DNA of 64,000 nt from an uncultured Candidatus Binatia bacterium (lineage in GTDB: Bacteria; Desulfobacterota; Binatia; UBA9968; JAJDTQ01). The translations under genes and the position numbers were made by a program. Position 1 is the first letter of the stretch, and every line of letters begins with the position of its first letter. The notes beneath the pieces were generated by a model. It did not search any database. It was not told the origin of the DNA and saw nothing but the letters and a program-made list of their open reading frames with translations. Below are positions 37,002 to 46,405 of this stretch, piece after piece. The DNA is taken from NCBI GenBank assembly GCA_965261895.1, contig OZ253480.1:549560-613559 (forward strand). Direction: 5' to 3'.

Positions 37002-38708
37002 GTGACTCATTTGTTCGCAGATGTTCTGGTGGTGGGAGCCGGCGGCGCGGGCATGTACGCGGCCATTGCCGCGGCCAGGGAAGAGGCGTCCGTGTTGTTG
37101 CTGGACAAGTCCCTGGTGGGCCGCGGCGGCGCCACCATCATGGCGCAGATGACCGTTGCCGCCGCCATCGGCCACGAAGAGCCCGACCACTGGACCGATC
37201 ACCTTCAGGACACGCTGGCCGCGGGCCGCGAGCTGTGCGACGAGAGGCTGGCCCGGCTCCTGTGCGAGAACGGCCCTGCGAGAATCTTCGAGATGGACGG
37301 CTGGGGGGCCCACTGGGCGCGCGGAGGGAACGATCGTATTCGCCAGGTCAAGGCGCCGGGACATGGGCGGGCGCGCTGCTGTTACGTGGACTTCCTGAAC
37401 ACGGGTCCGGGAGTGGCGGGCACGTTAAGGCGCCAGGTGAGCACGCTGGGCTCGGTGCGCCGCGTAAGCAACGTCGCGGTGACCGAGATCGTGGTGCACG
37501 ACGGCCATGCCGTGGGGGCGGTGGGAATGGACGTGGTATCCGGCGATGTGGTCACCTTCGCCGCCAAGGCGGTCATCCTGGCCGCGGGCGGCCTGACCAA
37601 GATCTACCGCCGGAACAGCGCATCCACCAACATGGGCGGGGAAGCCTACGCCCTGGCGCTGTGGGCCGGGGCCGAGCTCATCGACATGGAGTTCGTCCAG
37701 TTCTTTCCCATCGCCCATCTGGCCCCGCGCCTGGTGGGCATGGACCCGATCATGTGGGACCCGTTCCGGTACAAGCTGGGGGGCCGTCTGCTGAACGGAA
37801 ACTTCGACGAGTTCATGCACCGGTACGGCGGCCAGGACAGCGGCACCTACAGCACCGTGCGCGACCAGGCCTCCTACGCCATCCTGAAGGAGGTCGAAGC
37901 CGGCCGCGGGTCTCCTCAAGGGGGCGTCTACCTGGATTTCCGGCACGTGCCCGACGAGACCCTCAGGGCCGCCTTCGGGCCGGTCATCGACCGCTTGGCG
38001 CACAACGGCATCGACCTCACCCAAACGCCGGTGGAAGTGGCGCCCACGGCGCACTATCACATGGGCGGCATCCGGGTGAACGACCGCATGGCGACCCGTG
38101 TCCCCGGGCTCTACGCCGCCGGCGAGGCCGTAGGGGGCGCCAACGGCGCCAACCGCCTGTCCGGCAACGCCATCACCGAGGCGCTGGTGTTCGGCGAACG
38201 CGCCGGCCGGGAAGCCGTCACCGCTGCGGCCAATACTGCCGGCGGGTGGAGCGACGCGGCGGCCGGCGACGCGGTGGATCGTCTCCGGAGCGCCGTGGAC
38301 AACGCCAACGATGGCGGCCTCCCGGCCAATACGTTGCAACGGAAGCTGCAGGATATCATGTGGGAGCACGCCGGGGCGTTCCGCACCGGAGACCAGCTCC
38401 GGCTGGCCCTCGACGGCATCCACGAGATCCGGGAATCGCCGGTGGCTGTTCGCCCGACTGAAGGCTTCAACCTCGACCTCCAGGACCGGCTGGAACTCAG
38501 GGCCATGCTGACCACCGCCGAGGCCGTGGTGCGGGCCGCCCTGGGCCGCACCGAAAGCCGCGGCGCGCACCAGCGTCTGGACTTCCCGGACAGCGATCCT
38601 GGACTTGTCCGGAACCAAGTGATCGAAATGAAGGACGAGGAACTTACGGTCCGCTGGCCTGTAGGGGCGGGTTTCAAACCCGCCCGTGCCGGCACCGCGC
38701 GTAGGTGA
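37002..38708 (+). CDS. FAD-dependent oxidoreductase, succinate dehydrogenase/fumarate reductase flavoprotein (FrdA/SdhA/NadB) family
   Basis: DVLVVGAGGAGMYAA FAD site and the HYHMGGI and ESRGAHQR active-site motifs. The last ~14 codons are encoded by the family-A hairpin at 38665-38685. Confidence 0.8.
   Translation: MTHLFADVLVVGAGGAGMYAAIAAAREEASVLLLDKSLVGRGGATIMAQMTVAAAIGHEEPDHWTDHLQDTLAAGRELCDERLARLLCENGPARIFEMDGWGAHWARGGNDRIRQVKAPGHGRARCCYVDFLNTGPGVAGTLRRQVSTLGSVRRVSNVAVTEIVVHDGHAVGAVGMDVVSGDVVTFAAKAVILAAGGLTKIYRRNSASTNMGGEAYALALWAGAELIDMEFVQFFPIAHLAPRLVGMDPIMWDPFRYKLGGRLLNGNFDEFMHRYGGQDSGTYSTVRDQASYAILKEVEAGRGSPQGGVYLDFRHVPDETLRAAFGPVIDRLAHNGIDLTQTPVEVAPTAHYHMGGIRVNDRMATRVPGLYAAGEAVGGANGANRLSGNAITEALVFGERAGREAVTAAANTAGGWSDAAAGDAVDRLRSAVDNANDGGLPANTLQRKLQDIMWEHAGAFRTGDQLRLALDGIHEIRESPVAVRPTEGFNLDLQDRLELRAMLTTAEAVVRAALGRTESRGAHQRLDFPDSDPGLVRNQVIEMKDEELTVRWPVGAGFKPARAGTARR
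38665..38685. repeat. Family-A hairpin repeat embedded in the 3' end of the flavoprotein CDS
   Basis: ctGTAGGGGCGGGTTTCAAACCCGCCCgtgcc, translated as VGAGFKPAR. Confidence 0.9.
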
Positions 38709-38720
38709 CAAGGCGCGTAG

Positions 38721-39110
38721 GTGAACAAGGATACCAACATGGATGATGCGACAACCCGTGCCGGTGAAAAGATGACGGAGCTTCGCGTGCAGCGCGGCAG
38801 CGCCCCGGACCAGGGCCGCTACGACGTGTATCGGATCCCTTACGAAGAGGGTATGTCCGTGCTCGACGCACTGGTATGGATCCGCGCTCACGTGGACTCC
38901 AGCCTCGCCTTCCGCTACGGCTGCGTAAACGCCAATGCCTGCAAGACCTGCATGGCCCTGGTGGACGGCCAGGTAGCCTACATGTGCACGGCCCGCCTGA
39001 CGCTCGCCGGGGGCAAGGTTGAGCCATTACCCAAACGGCCGCTGATCCGGGACCTGGTGACCGACACGGTGCCCGACGACGAAAAGCTGCGGCCGCCGCA
39101 GCAGGACTGA
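38721..39110 (+). CDS. 2Fe-2S ferredoxin-like small subunit (SdhB/FrdB N-terminal-domain-like)
   Basis: CKTCMALVDG...C pattern. Alternative ATG start at 38739. Confidence 0.55.
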   Translation: MNKDTNMDDATTRAGEKMTELRVQRGSAPDQGRYDVYRIPYEEGMSVLDALVWIRAHVDSSLAFRYGCVNANACKTCMALVDGQVAYMCTARLTLAGGKVEPLPKRPLIRDLVTDTVPDDEKLRPPQQD

Positions 39111-39114
39111 ACGC

Positions 39115-40509
39115 ATGGACGAGAAAGCCTACGACCTGGTCGTCATCGGCAGCGGACCTGCCGGTCAAAAGGGCGCCATCGCCGCCGCCAAGATGGGCAA
39201 GCGGGTCGCCCTCGTCGACAGGAACGACATGATCGGCGGCGTGTGCCTGCACTCCGGGACCATCCCCAGCAAGACCCTGCGTCTGGCGGTACTCTACCTC
39301 ACGGGCTTTGAGCAGAAGTCGTTCTATGGCCAGGCCTATTCCGCAAAGGATCACGTGACGGTCGAGGACCTGATGTTTCGGGTCCGCACCGTGGTCGAGC
39401 GGGAGCAGGCGCAGGTGACGGATCAGCTCAAGCGTAACGGGGTGACACTGGTGAGCGGCTGGGCGCGGTTCGTGGACACCCACACGCTCCAGACCGACAG
39501 CGGCGAAAAAGTCCGGGGCGAGCACATCCTCATCGCCTGCGGCACGCGCTCGGCGCGGGATCCGGAAATCCCGTACGACGGACGCAAGATCATGGTGGCG
39601 GAAGATCTCGGACGCGGCGACCGCGAGCAGATCCCCAAGAGCATGATCGTGGTGGGGGCCGGAGTCATCGGCCTCGAGTATGCCTCCATGCTCTCCGCCC
39701 TGGGCGTGCGGGTCACGATCATTGAACGGCGGGCCACCATGCTGGACTTCGTGGACCGGGAGATCATCGAGGCGCTCAGGTACCACATGCGCCGGCGCGA
39801 CGCGATCTTCCGCCTGGGGGAACACGTGACCGGGGTGCGGGTGCAGGAAAACGGCCTGGTCCGGGCCGAGATGGAGAGCGGCAAGCGGGTCACCGGTGAC
39901 GCCCTGCTCTACACCGTCGGCAGGCAATCCAACGCCGACCAGCTACAACTCGACCGGATCGGCATCGACACCGACCCACGCGGCCGTATCCCGGTCAACG
40001 AGAACTTCCAGACCACGCAGCCGCACGTCTACGCGGCGGGAGACTGCATCGGGTTCCCGGCGCTCGCGTCCACATCCATGGAGCAGGGGCGGCTGGCCAG
40101 CACGCACATGTTCGACGGCCCGTCGCTCAAGTCGGCCCCCTTCTTCCCCTACGGCATCTACACGGTCCCGGAAATTTCAATGGTCGGAAAGACGGAGCAG
40201 GAACTCACCGCGGAGCGGGTGCCCTACGAAGTGGGCAAGGCCCTTTACGAAAACGTCACCAAGGCCCAGATGGTCGGCGACCGCGCCGGTATGCTGAAGC
40301 TGATCTTCGACCCCGACACTCTGAAGCTGCTCAGCGTACATGCCATCGGCGACGAAGCCACCGAGATCATCCACATCGGCCACGCCGTCATCGCCCTCGG
40401 CGGCACCATCGAGTACTTCCGCGACAACGTCTTCAACTACCCCACCTTCGCGGAGGCGTACAAAGTCGCGGCCTACGACGCCTTCAACAAGATCGCGGAG
40501 GTGCGGTAG
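39115..40509 (+). CDS. sthA: Soluble pyridine nucleotide transhydrogenase-like flavoprotein (SthA/UdhA family)
   Basis: GGVCLHSGTIPSK carries a single Cys as in SthA. Two Rossmann GxGxxG sites and a C-terminal dimerisation domain. Confidence 0.65.
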   Translation: MDEKAYDLVVIGSGPAGQKGAIAAAKMGKRVALVDRNDMIGGVCLHSGTIPSKTLRLAVLYLTGFEQKSFYGQAYSAKDHVTVEDLMFRVRTVVEREQAQVTDQLKRNGVTLVSGWARFVDTHTLQTDSGEKVRGEHILIACGTRSARDPEIPYDGRKIMVAEDLGRGDREQIPKSMIVVGAGVIGLEYASMLSALGVRVTIIERRATMLDFVDREIIEALRYHMRRRDAIFRLGEHVTGVRVQENGLVRAEMESGKRVTGDALLYTVGRQSNADQLQLDRIGIDTDPRGRIPVNENFQTTQPHVYAAGDCIGFPALASTSMEQGRLASTHMFDGPSLKSAPFFPYGIYTVPEISMVGKTEQELTAERVPYEVGKALYENVTKAQMVGDRAGMLKLIFDPDTLKLLSVHAIGDEATEIIHIGHAVIALGGTIEYFRDNVFNYPTFAEAYKVAAYDAFNKIAEVR

Positions 40510-40600
40510 GGCGCAGTCCGCGGGCGGATTTCACACCTTCTTGTTGCTTTCCGCAGCATTATCTCGGCCCGAGACATGAGCCGCAAGGAACGCTCCCGAT

Positions 40601-40867
40601 ATGAGCAAGAGACGTAAACCCGTTCCCTCCTTTGAGAGTGAGGCGGAGGAACGGGCGTTCTGGGAAAGCCACGACTCCGCCGACTACGTGGATTGGAGCC
40701 TGGCCAAACGCGTCCGTTTCCCCAATCTCAAGCCCTCCAGCAAGGCCATTTCGTTGAGGTTGCCGGTAGACCTGCTGGAACGGATCAAGACCGCTGCCAA
40801 CAAGCGGGACGTTCCCTATCAGTCGCTGATCAAGATCTGGCTGTCGGAGAAGGTGGACGCTGGATAG
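40601..40867 (+). CDS. BrnA/CopG-like antitoxin (orphan, no brnT seen)
   Basis: FESEAEERAFWESHDSADYVDWS...FPNLKPS...ISLRLP...RDVPYQSLIKIWL is the BrnA signature. Confidence 0.65.
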   Translation: MSKRRKPVPSFESEAEERAFWESHDSADYVDWSLAKRVRFPNLKPSSKAISLRLPVDLLERIKTAANKRDVPYQSLIKIWLSEKVDAG

Positions 40868-40910
40868 CGAAACCCTATCTGCTTCTCTTCCTCTAGAGGA
40901 AGGCCACTCG

Positions 40911-41774
40911 ATGCGCCAACTCGACCTTTTCCATGACAATCCCAAGACGGTCGCCCGGAACGAACTGAGGGAGGGGTTGTCGGCGCGTGACGCCGGCAGG
41001 AGCCGGATCGCTCTCGAACGGCTAACCGTCCTGGATCCGCTCCACGGCCTGACGACCGAGGTACGGACGCTGATTGCGGTCATGGAGGCGCCGACTCCGG
41101 ATGGTCAGGAGCAGGGATTCGAACGAATCCACTCCCTGGAGCAGGAATGGCTCCCGGCCGCCGAGGCTCTGCTTGGCGCTGACGGCAGCCGGGATTTTCT
41201 AGCTCCCGTGTGGCGTTGCATCGGCCAAGCCATCGAATCGGCGCCTTTTGATCCGGCTTTTCCAAAGCGTCATGCAAGCTGGGCCTACCGGCAAGGCCGC
41301 GACTGGACCAACGTGCAGTGTTCTGTGCTGACCGTGCAGGGATATGAGACCATTCCCGTTCTCCTCGCGAGGCTGGCAGAGGCTGAGTGGCAACTGGGCA
41401 ACCGCACGCAGGCCATCGATCATTGGATCACGCTTTGCTGGCGGTCCGCGCCGGCTTTCGAACAACTGGTCGGGGAACCGGACTTTCCCGACCAGGGGGT
41501 GGCCGCTGCCTGGCGTCGCGCACAGGATGCCGACCTGGAGCCGGAGCTGTCATCCGCGTGGTTCCCCGCATGGATGCTGCTCGAAGATCCGGTGCTCGCC
41601 CGCCAATGCGCGGCTCGGGAGGGACAAGACACGGCGAGCCGCGCTTTCCAGGTCGTACGTAAGTTGCTGACCACTGGCCCTGAGGATCCGTCGAACCTGT
41701 CGCTGCGGCGCGACCTCAGGGCACTTCATCCAGGCTTGCTGGTCAGTTTTCTGAAGAAATTCGCGCGACCCTAA
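40911..41774 (+). CDS. Hypothetical protein (Trp-rich, no recognised domain)
   Basis: 287 aa. Somewhat lower GC than neighbours. Follows the brnA-like gene by 43 nt. Confidence 0.45.
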   Translation: MRQLDLFHDNPKTVARNELREGLSARDAGRSRIALERLTVLDPLHGLTTEVRTLIAVMEAPTPDGQEQGFERIHSLEQEWLPAAEALLGADGSRDFLAPVWRCIGQAIESAPFDPAFPKRHASWAYRQGRDWTNVQCSVLTVQGYETIPVLLARLAEAEWQLGNRTQAIDHWITLCWRSAPAFEQLVGEPDFPDQGVAAAWRRAQDADLEPELSSAWFPAWMLLEDPVLARQCAAREGQDTASRAFQVVRKLLTTGPEDPSNLSLRRDLRALHPGLLVSFLKKFARP

Positions 41775-41877
41775 GTATGAACGTGACGTAAACCGCCACC
41801 GGGCTCCGATCCAGAGCCGCTAGCTGTTAGAGGGCAAATCCACGCCGTACCCTCGAAAGAAGGATGGACTGGATACC

Positions 41878-42228
41878 CTAAACAGAACACCACGCTAGGA
41901 CTCCAACCCCCCGGCCCAAGACCTTCCTGCCTTTACGCCGTCGGCTGTTGTGGGTGTGGTCCGACCTTGATCCGGCCCTCCCCTTTTCGCGCTTGGCCAG
42001 ATTATAGGTGGTCTGTCGGCGCAACCAGAACTCGGCACTGGACCATCCAACCTTCTCCAGCCGAATGGCCATCTCCGGTGAAACGGCCGCGTGGCCGTTC
42101 AGTACACGCGAGAGTGTGTGACGAGCCACGCCCAGCATCTTCGCTGCTTCAGTAACGTTCAGGCCGAGTGGATCCAGACAGTTCTCCTTGATGCTACGGC
42201 CGGGATGGGGCGGATTTTTCATAGCCAT
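41878..42228 (-). CDS. higA: Type II antitoxin HigA (HTH)
   Basis: [41 protein letters not shown]. Confidence 0.75.
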   Translation of the reverse strand: MAMKNPPHPGRSIKENCLDPLGLNVTEAAKMLGVARHTLSRVLNGHAAVSPEMAIRLEKVGWSSAEFWLRRQTTYNLAKREKGRAGSRSDHTHNSRRRKGRKVLGRGVGVLAWCSV

Positions 42229-42243
42229 GGCCTCTCCCTCTTC

Positions 42244-42552
42244 CTAATGATAATCAACCAAACCGACGTCATAGACGTCACCCTGGTCAAAGCGAAAGAT
42301 GATCCGCCAGTTGGCGGAAATCGAGATGCTCCAAAAACCCCTCCGACTTCCCTTCAAGGGGTGAAGCCGGTACCCCGGCAAATCGAGGTCCGAGGGCTTC
42401 CGGGCGTCGTCCAGGTCAGCTAAAGCGAGTAACATCCGCTCAGCCAAGTCCGCACGGACCTTGCTGGCGTCTCCGCGCTCATACAAACGCTTGAGGCCCC
42501 GATGTATACCGGTACGCATTTCAACGAGGCAACTTGACCCATTGAACGACAT
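42244..42552 (-). CDS. higB: Type II toxin HigB (RelE/ParE superfamily)
   Basis: PSDLDLPGYRLHPLKGSRRGFWSISISANWRIIFRFDQGDVYDVGLVDYH is a typical HigB C-terminus. The raw ORF is fused in frame with upstream sequence. Confidence 0.7.
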   Translation of the reverse strand: MSFNGSSCLVEMRTGIHRGLKRLYERGDASKVRADLAERMLLALADLDDARKPSDLDLPGYRLHPLKGSRRGFWSISISANWRIIFRFDQGDVYDVGLVDYH

Positions 42553-42572
42553 TCGCAAACTGCGCGCACGGG

Positions 42573-43493
42573 TCACATAAACCGCGGAATGACCTCCGTG
42601 CCGAGGCGCTTGAGCTGCTCCTGGATGGCCTCGGGCGGGCAGGCGGGGCGGGCGACGAACTTGGAGGCGCCGGCGGCGATGAAGCGTTGGATGGCGGCGG
42701 CGATGTCCTCGGCTGTTCCCAGGGCGGAGGTTTCGACGAAGTCCACGTCGTGGCGGTTTCGGAGGGCGTAGGGGCGGGCCAGCCCGGCCGCTTCCGGGGC
42801 GTCCTCGGCGAAGCAGAAGTTGAACAGCACCCCGAAATGGTCGTCGTCGATGCGGCGGCCGTAGTCGTCGGCGTATTTTCTGATGCGGGCGATGGCGGTC
42901 CCCACTTCCTCGGGGGTCATCTGGGAGCCCATCCAACCATCGGCCAGGCGGGCGGTGCGGCGAAAGGCGGGACCGCTTCTTCCCCCGACCCAGATGGGAG
43001 GGGCGGCCTGGGCCGGCTTGGGAGCGATGGAGACGTCCTGGAGCTGGTAATACTTTCCTTGAGAGCTGACTCCGTTCCCGGACCACAACGCCCGTAACAG
43101 GTGGACCATTTCCTCGGTGCGGCCGGCCCGCTCGGAGCGGTGGATGCCGCAGGCCTGGAGCTCGGTGTCGTCGTCGCGGCCGAGACCCACGGCCAGCAGC
43201 AGGCGTCCGCCGGACAGGAAGTCCAGGGTGGCAAGCTCCTTGGCCAAAACCGTGGGGTTCCTGAGCGGGAGCGCCAGCACGCTGGTGCCGAACTTCATCT
43301 TGCGGGTGCGCGCGGCCACCCACGAAAGGGCCACCACGGGCTCCAGGCTCAAAGCCTCGGACACCACCCGGTCGCTCAGCCACAACGAGTCGATGGCCAA
43401 GGATTCCGCCAGGTCCACGGCGCTCCAGAATGCTTCGGGGTTCGTGTCGCCGAAAGGCCAGCCGCTGAAGCCGATGCCGATGCCGATACTCAT
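42573..43493 (-). CDS. LLM-class (luciferase-like) flavin/F420-dependent oxidoreductase
   Basis: 306 aa with TIM-barrel LLM family character. Confidence 0.75.
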   Translation of the reverse strand: MSIGIGIGFSGWPFGDTNPEAFWSAVDLAESLAIDSLWLSDRVVSEALSLEPVVALSWVAARTRKMKFGTSVLALPLRNPTVLAKELATLDFLSGGRLLLAVGLGRDDDTELQACGIHRSERAGRTEEMVHLLRALWSGNGVSSQGKYYQLQDVSIAPKPAQAAPPIWVGGRSGPAFRRTARLADGWMGSQMTPEEVGTAIARIRKYADDYGRRIDDDHFGVLFNFCFAEDAPEAAGLARPYALRNRHDVDFVETSALGTAEDIAAAIQRFIAAGASKFVARPACPPEAIQEQLKRLGTEVIPRFM

Positions 43494-43532
43494 GGTGTCC
43501 TTCTCCTTTACACGGTGGCGCGGTGCGAGCGC

Positions 43533-43553
43533 GGGCGGGTTTGAAACCCGCCC
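43533..43553. repeat. Family-A hairpin repeat
   Basis: gcGGGCGGGTTTGAAACCCGCCCctacg, just upstream of the LLM oxidoreductase start. Confidence 0.9.
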
Positions 43554-43794
43554 CTACGTGCGTTACGTGCGCGAAACCCGCCCGACACGGGCGGCGACAA
43601 AGGACACTACCAGATGCGGCCGCGGGTATTCCACCATACCGCATACGCGGTGCAAGTCGCCGCCGCCCTTCCACGCTCTTCCGGGCGGTTTTCGGCCCAC
43701 GGTATTGACGGATGGGAACAAGCGCACTATTGAAATGATCCTTTGGGCTCGTACACCGGTAACACACTCCACAATCGGAAAGATTGCGCTGCCT

Positions 43795-45126
43795 ATGGAA
43801 CCCATCGCGTGGCTGACACTGATCATTTTCTCACTGGCGATCATCGCGGTCCTGACCAACGTCATCGAGCCCGCCGTGGCGGCGCTGCTCGGGGTGGGGG
43901 TCATGGTGTGGGCCGGGATCATGACCGAGACGGACGCGTTCCTGTTCGTGGACTGGAACGTGATGGCGATCCTCGTGAGCGTGTGGATCATCGCCGGCTA
44001 CTTCGGCAAGTCCGGAGTTCCGGAGCTCCTGTCGTTCAAGGCCATGCAGTGGTCCAAGGGGCACTACGGGTTGCTGGTGATCATCCTCTCGCTCTTGGCC
44101 GGGACCCTGTCCATCGTGGTGGACAACGTGGTGGTGATCCTGATGCTGGCGCCGGTGGCGATACCGATCGTACGCCAGCTCGGCTTCCCTCTGACCCCGG
44201 TGGTGCTCATGATCGGCTTCAGCGCCAACTTCATGGGAACCGCGCTGCTCCTGGGCGACCTGCCGCCCCAGATGCTGCACAGCGTGTCGGGCGCGGAGTT
44301 TCTCGATTTCATCTGGCAGCACGGCCGACCCTCGTCATTTCCCATCCTGATGGTGACCTTCGCCCTGACGCTGGGCTTCATGTACCTCTACGGGTTCCGC
44401 GCACAGCCGGCTGAATCGGGCGCTGGGAACGGCGCCGGCTCAGCGGCCGCGGGCACGCCCATGGCGGACGCAAAGCTGTCGGATCCGTTGCTCGCATGGC
44501 TGGTCATCGGAGGCTTCAGCGCCACCATCGTGGCCATGGCCTTCCGTGAGGTCCTCGACGTGAAGCTCGGGTTCATCGCCATGACCGGCGCGCTGCTGCT
44601 GATCGCGGTGGTGGAGATACTGGGCGAGCGGCTGAAGAAGAAACCCGACTTCGAGGAAATCCTCCAGGAACTGGACTGGCGCGCGGTGTTCTTCTACATC
44701 GCGCTGTTCGCGCTGGTGGGCGGCCTTGAGAAGGTCGGCATCCTGCACGACCTCGCCGAGCTGCTTAAGCCGATCTTCGCTTCCAGCGTCACGCTGGGAA
44801 CCACCCTGCTCTACTGGGTCACCATCCCCATCGTGGGCGTGGTGGAGCATGACGCCTACATCCTCACCTTCCTCTACACCATCCGCGACCTCGCCGAGCA
44901 GGGCATCGACCCCTGGCCCCTGTGGTGGATGCTGGTCTGGTCCGGCACCCTCGGGAGCAACTTCACCGTGGCCGGCGCGCCGGCGCTCTACGTGGCCCTC
45001 AACATCTGCGAGCGGGAAGAGCAGCGGAAGATTTCGCTGCGGGAGTTCCTGGGCTGGAGCGTGCCGTTCACCCTCGTGGCGAGCGTGATCTGCTACGTGT
45101 TCGGGATGCTGATCTGGGTGCTGTAG
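43795..45126 (+). CDS. ArsB/NhaD-superfamily anion permease (CitMHS-like)
   Basis: Begins MEPIAWLTLIIFSL. Multi-TM with an internal repeat. GGAAAG SD. Confidence 0.7.
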   Translation: MEPIAWLTLIIFSLAIIAVLTNVIEPAVAALLGVGVMVWAGIMTETDAFLFVDWNVMAILVSVWIIAGYFGKSGVPELLSFKAMQWSKGHYGLLVIILSLLAGTLSIVVDNVVVILMLAPVAIPIVRQLGFPLTPVVLMIGFSANFMGTALLLGDLPPQMLHSVSGAEFLDFIWQHGRPSSFPILMVTFALTLGFMYLYGFRAQPAESGAGNGAGSAAAGTPMADAKLSDPLLAWLVIGGFSATIVAMAFREVLDVKLGFIAMTGALLLIAVVEILGERLKKKPDFEEILQELDWRAVFFYIALFALVGGLEKVGILHDLAELLKPIFASSVTLGTTLLYWVTIPIVGVVEHDAYILTFLYTIRDLAEQGIDPWPLWWMLVWSGTLGSNFTVAGAPALYVALNICEREEQRKISLREFLGWSVPFTLVASVICYVFGMLIWVL

Positions 45127-45128
45127 GA

Positions 45129-45320
45129 TTGGCGCCCTTCGATTGGCGCCCTTCGACTTCGCTCCGCTGGCGCTCCGCTACGCTCAGGACGAACGGGTGG
45201 TTGTTCCGTTCGTAACGCGTGGTTGTTCCGTTCGTCCTTGAGAAGCGAGAGGCCAGGGGGTGACAGACCGTTCGTCCTGAGCGTAGCGGAGCGCCAGCGG
45301 AGCGAAGTCGAAGGGCGGCT
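45129..45320. repeat. Family-B compound palindromic repeat, copy B3
   Basis: ttggcgcccttcgat x2 ... gctcaggacgaacgg ... ccgttcgtcctgagcgtagcggagcg...gaagtcgaagggcg. Sits between convergent ends of the permease and mrpG. Confidence 0.8.
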
Positions 45321-45328
45321 TGCGGCAC

Positions 45329-45676
45329 TCACGAGTCAATGGACGAGCCGCGGTACTTGCCCTTCAACTCGTCCATGACCGTGCCCTTCCAGAACTTGAC
45401 GCCCACCTGATACCCGGCGCGGCCGATCATGTGCGCCGATACCGGCGTGGTGAGAAAGACGAACAGCGTGATGGCCAGGACCCGGACCGTGACGCCGATG
45501 TCGGGGAAGTAGAACGCCACCGAGAGCATCAGGAAGAACACCCCCAGGGTCGGCGGCTTGGTGGCGGTCTGCATCCGGGTGAGCAGGTCGGGCATCCGCA
45601 GAATGCCCACGCACCCCAGGAACATGAAGGCCGTCCCGATGATCATGAACGCGCCGCAAATGATGTCAGTCACCAT
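45329..45676 (-). CDS. mrpG: Na+/H+ antiporter subunit G
   Basis: 115 aa, 3 TM. Confidence 0.8.
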   Translation of the reverse strand: MVTDIICGAFMIIGTAFMFLGCVGILRMPDLLTRMQTATKPPTLGVFFLMLSVAFYFPDIGVTVRVLAITLFVFLTTPVSAHMIGRAGYQVGVKFWKGTVMDELKGKYRGSSIDS

Positions 45677-45935
45677 GATGTGCCCACTTCTCGATGTACC
45701 GGGAGAACGCGACCGTTCCCAGGAAGGCCACCAAGGCCAGGACGATGGCCACGTCCAGATAGACCGGCTGGTCGAAGGCCACCGCGTAGAGGGCGGCGAT
45801 GCCGACGCCGACCGTGGTCAAGACGTCCAGCGCCATCAGCCGGTCCGGGATGTTGGGACCCCGGAGGAGGCGGATAAAAGCCAGCACGATGCCGATGCTC
45901 AGGACACCGAGCAGAACCATGGCCAGATTCGTCAT
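45666..45935 (-). CDS. mrpF: Na+/H+ antiporter subunit F
   Basis: 89 aa. Confidence 0.8.
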   Translation of the reverse strand: MTNLAMVLLGVLSIGIVLAFIRLLRGPNIPDRLMALDVLTTVGVGIAALYAVAFDQPVYLDVAIVLALVAFLGTVAFSRYIEKWAHHGD

Positions 45936-46405
45936 CGCAGCAACTCCATGACACGCTTCTCGAACCCGTCCTTGATGGACCGGCGCAGCTCCTCGACGTC
46001 GTCCACGTACATGGCGTGAATGTACAGGACCCGCCGGTCATCCGACACGTCGAGGCTGAGCGTGCCGGGGGTCAAGGTGATGAGGTTCGCCAGCAGGGTG
46101 ATCTCGGCGTCCGTCTCCGCGTCCAGGGGAATCGCCACCACTCCGGGCCTCATGTTGTGCGACGGAGTCACCACCTCATAGGCGATGCGCAGGTTCGCCA
46201 GCAGCAGCTCCCAGGCAAACAGCCCGGCGAGCCTGACACACTGCCACAGCTTCTCGAAGTACCGGGACGGCCGCAACAGCCGCCGCACCGAATAAAGGAT
46301 CACGAAGCCCAGGACAAAGCCGACGGCGAGACTCGACGCCGTCACCTCTCCCATCAACGCGGCCCAGCTCAGCGCCAGCATGATGTTCCACAGGAGAACG
46401 GTCAT
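45932..46405 (-). CDS. mrpE: Na+/H+ antiporter subunit E
   Basis: 157 aa from [14 protein letters not shown] overlaps on both sides. Confidence 0.75.
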   Translation of the reverse strand: MTVLLWNIMLALSWAALMGEVTASSLAVGFVLGFVILYSVRRLLRPSRYFEKLWQCVRLAGLFAWELLLANLRIAYEVVTPSHNMRPGVVAIPLDAETDAEITLLANLITLTPGTLSLDVSDDRRVLYIHAMYVDDVEELRRSIKDGFEKRVMELLR

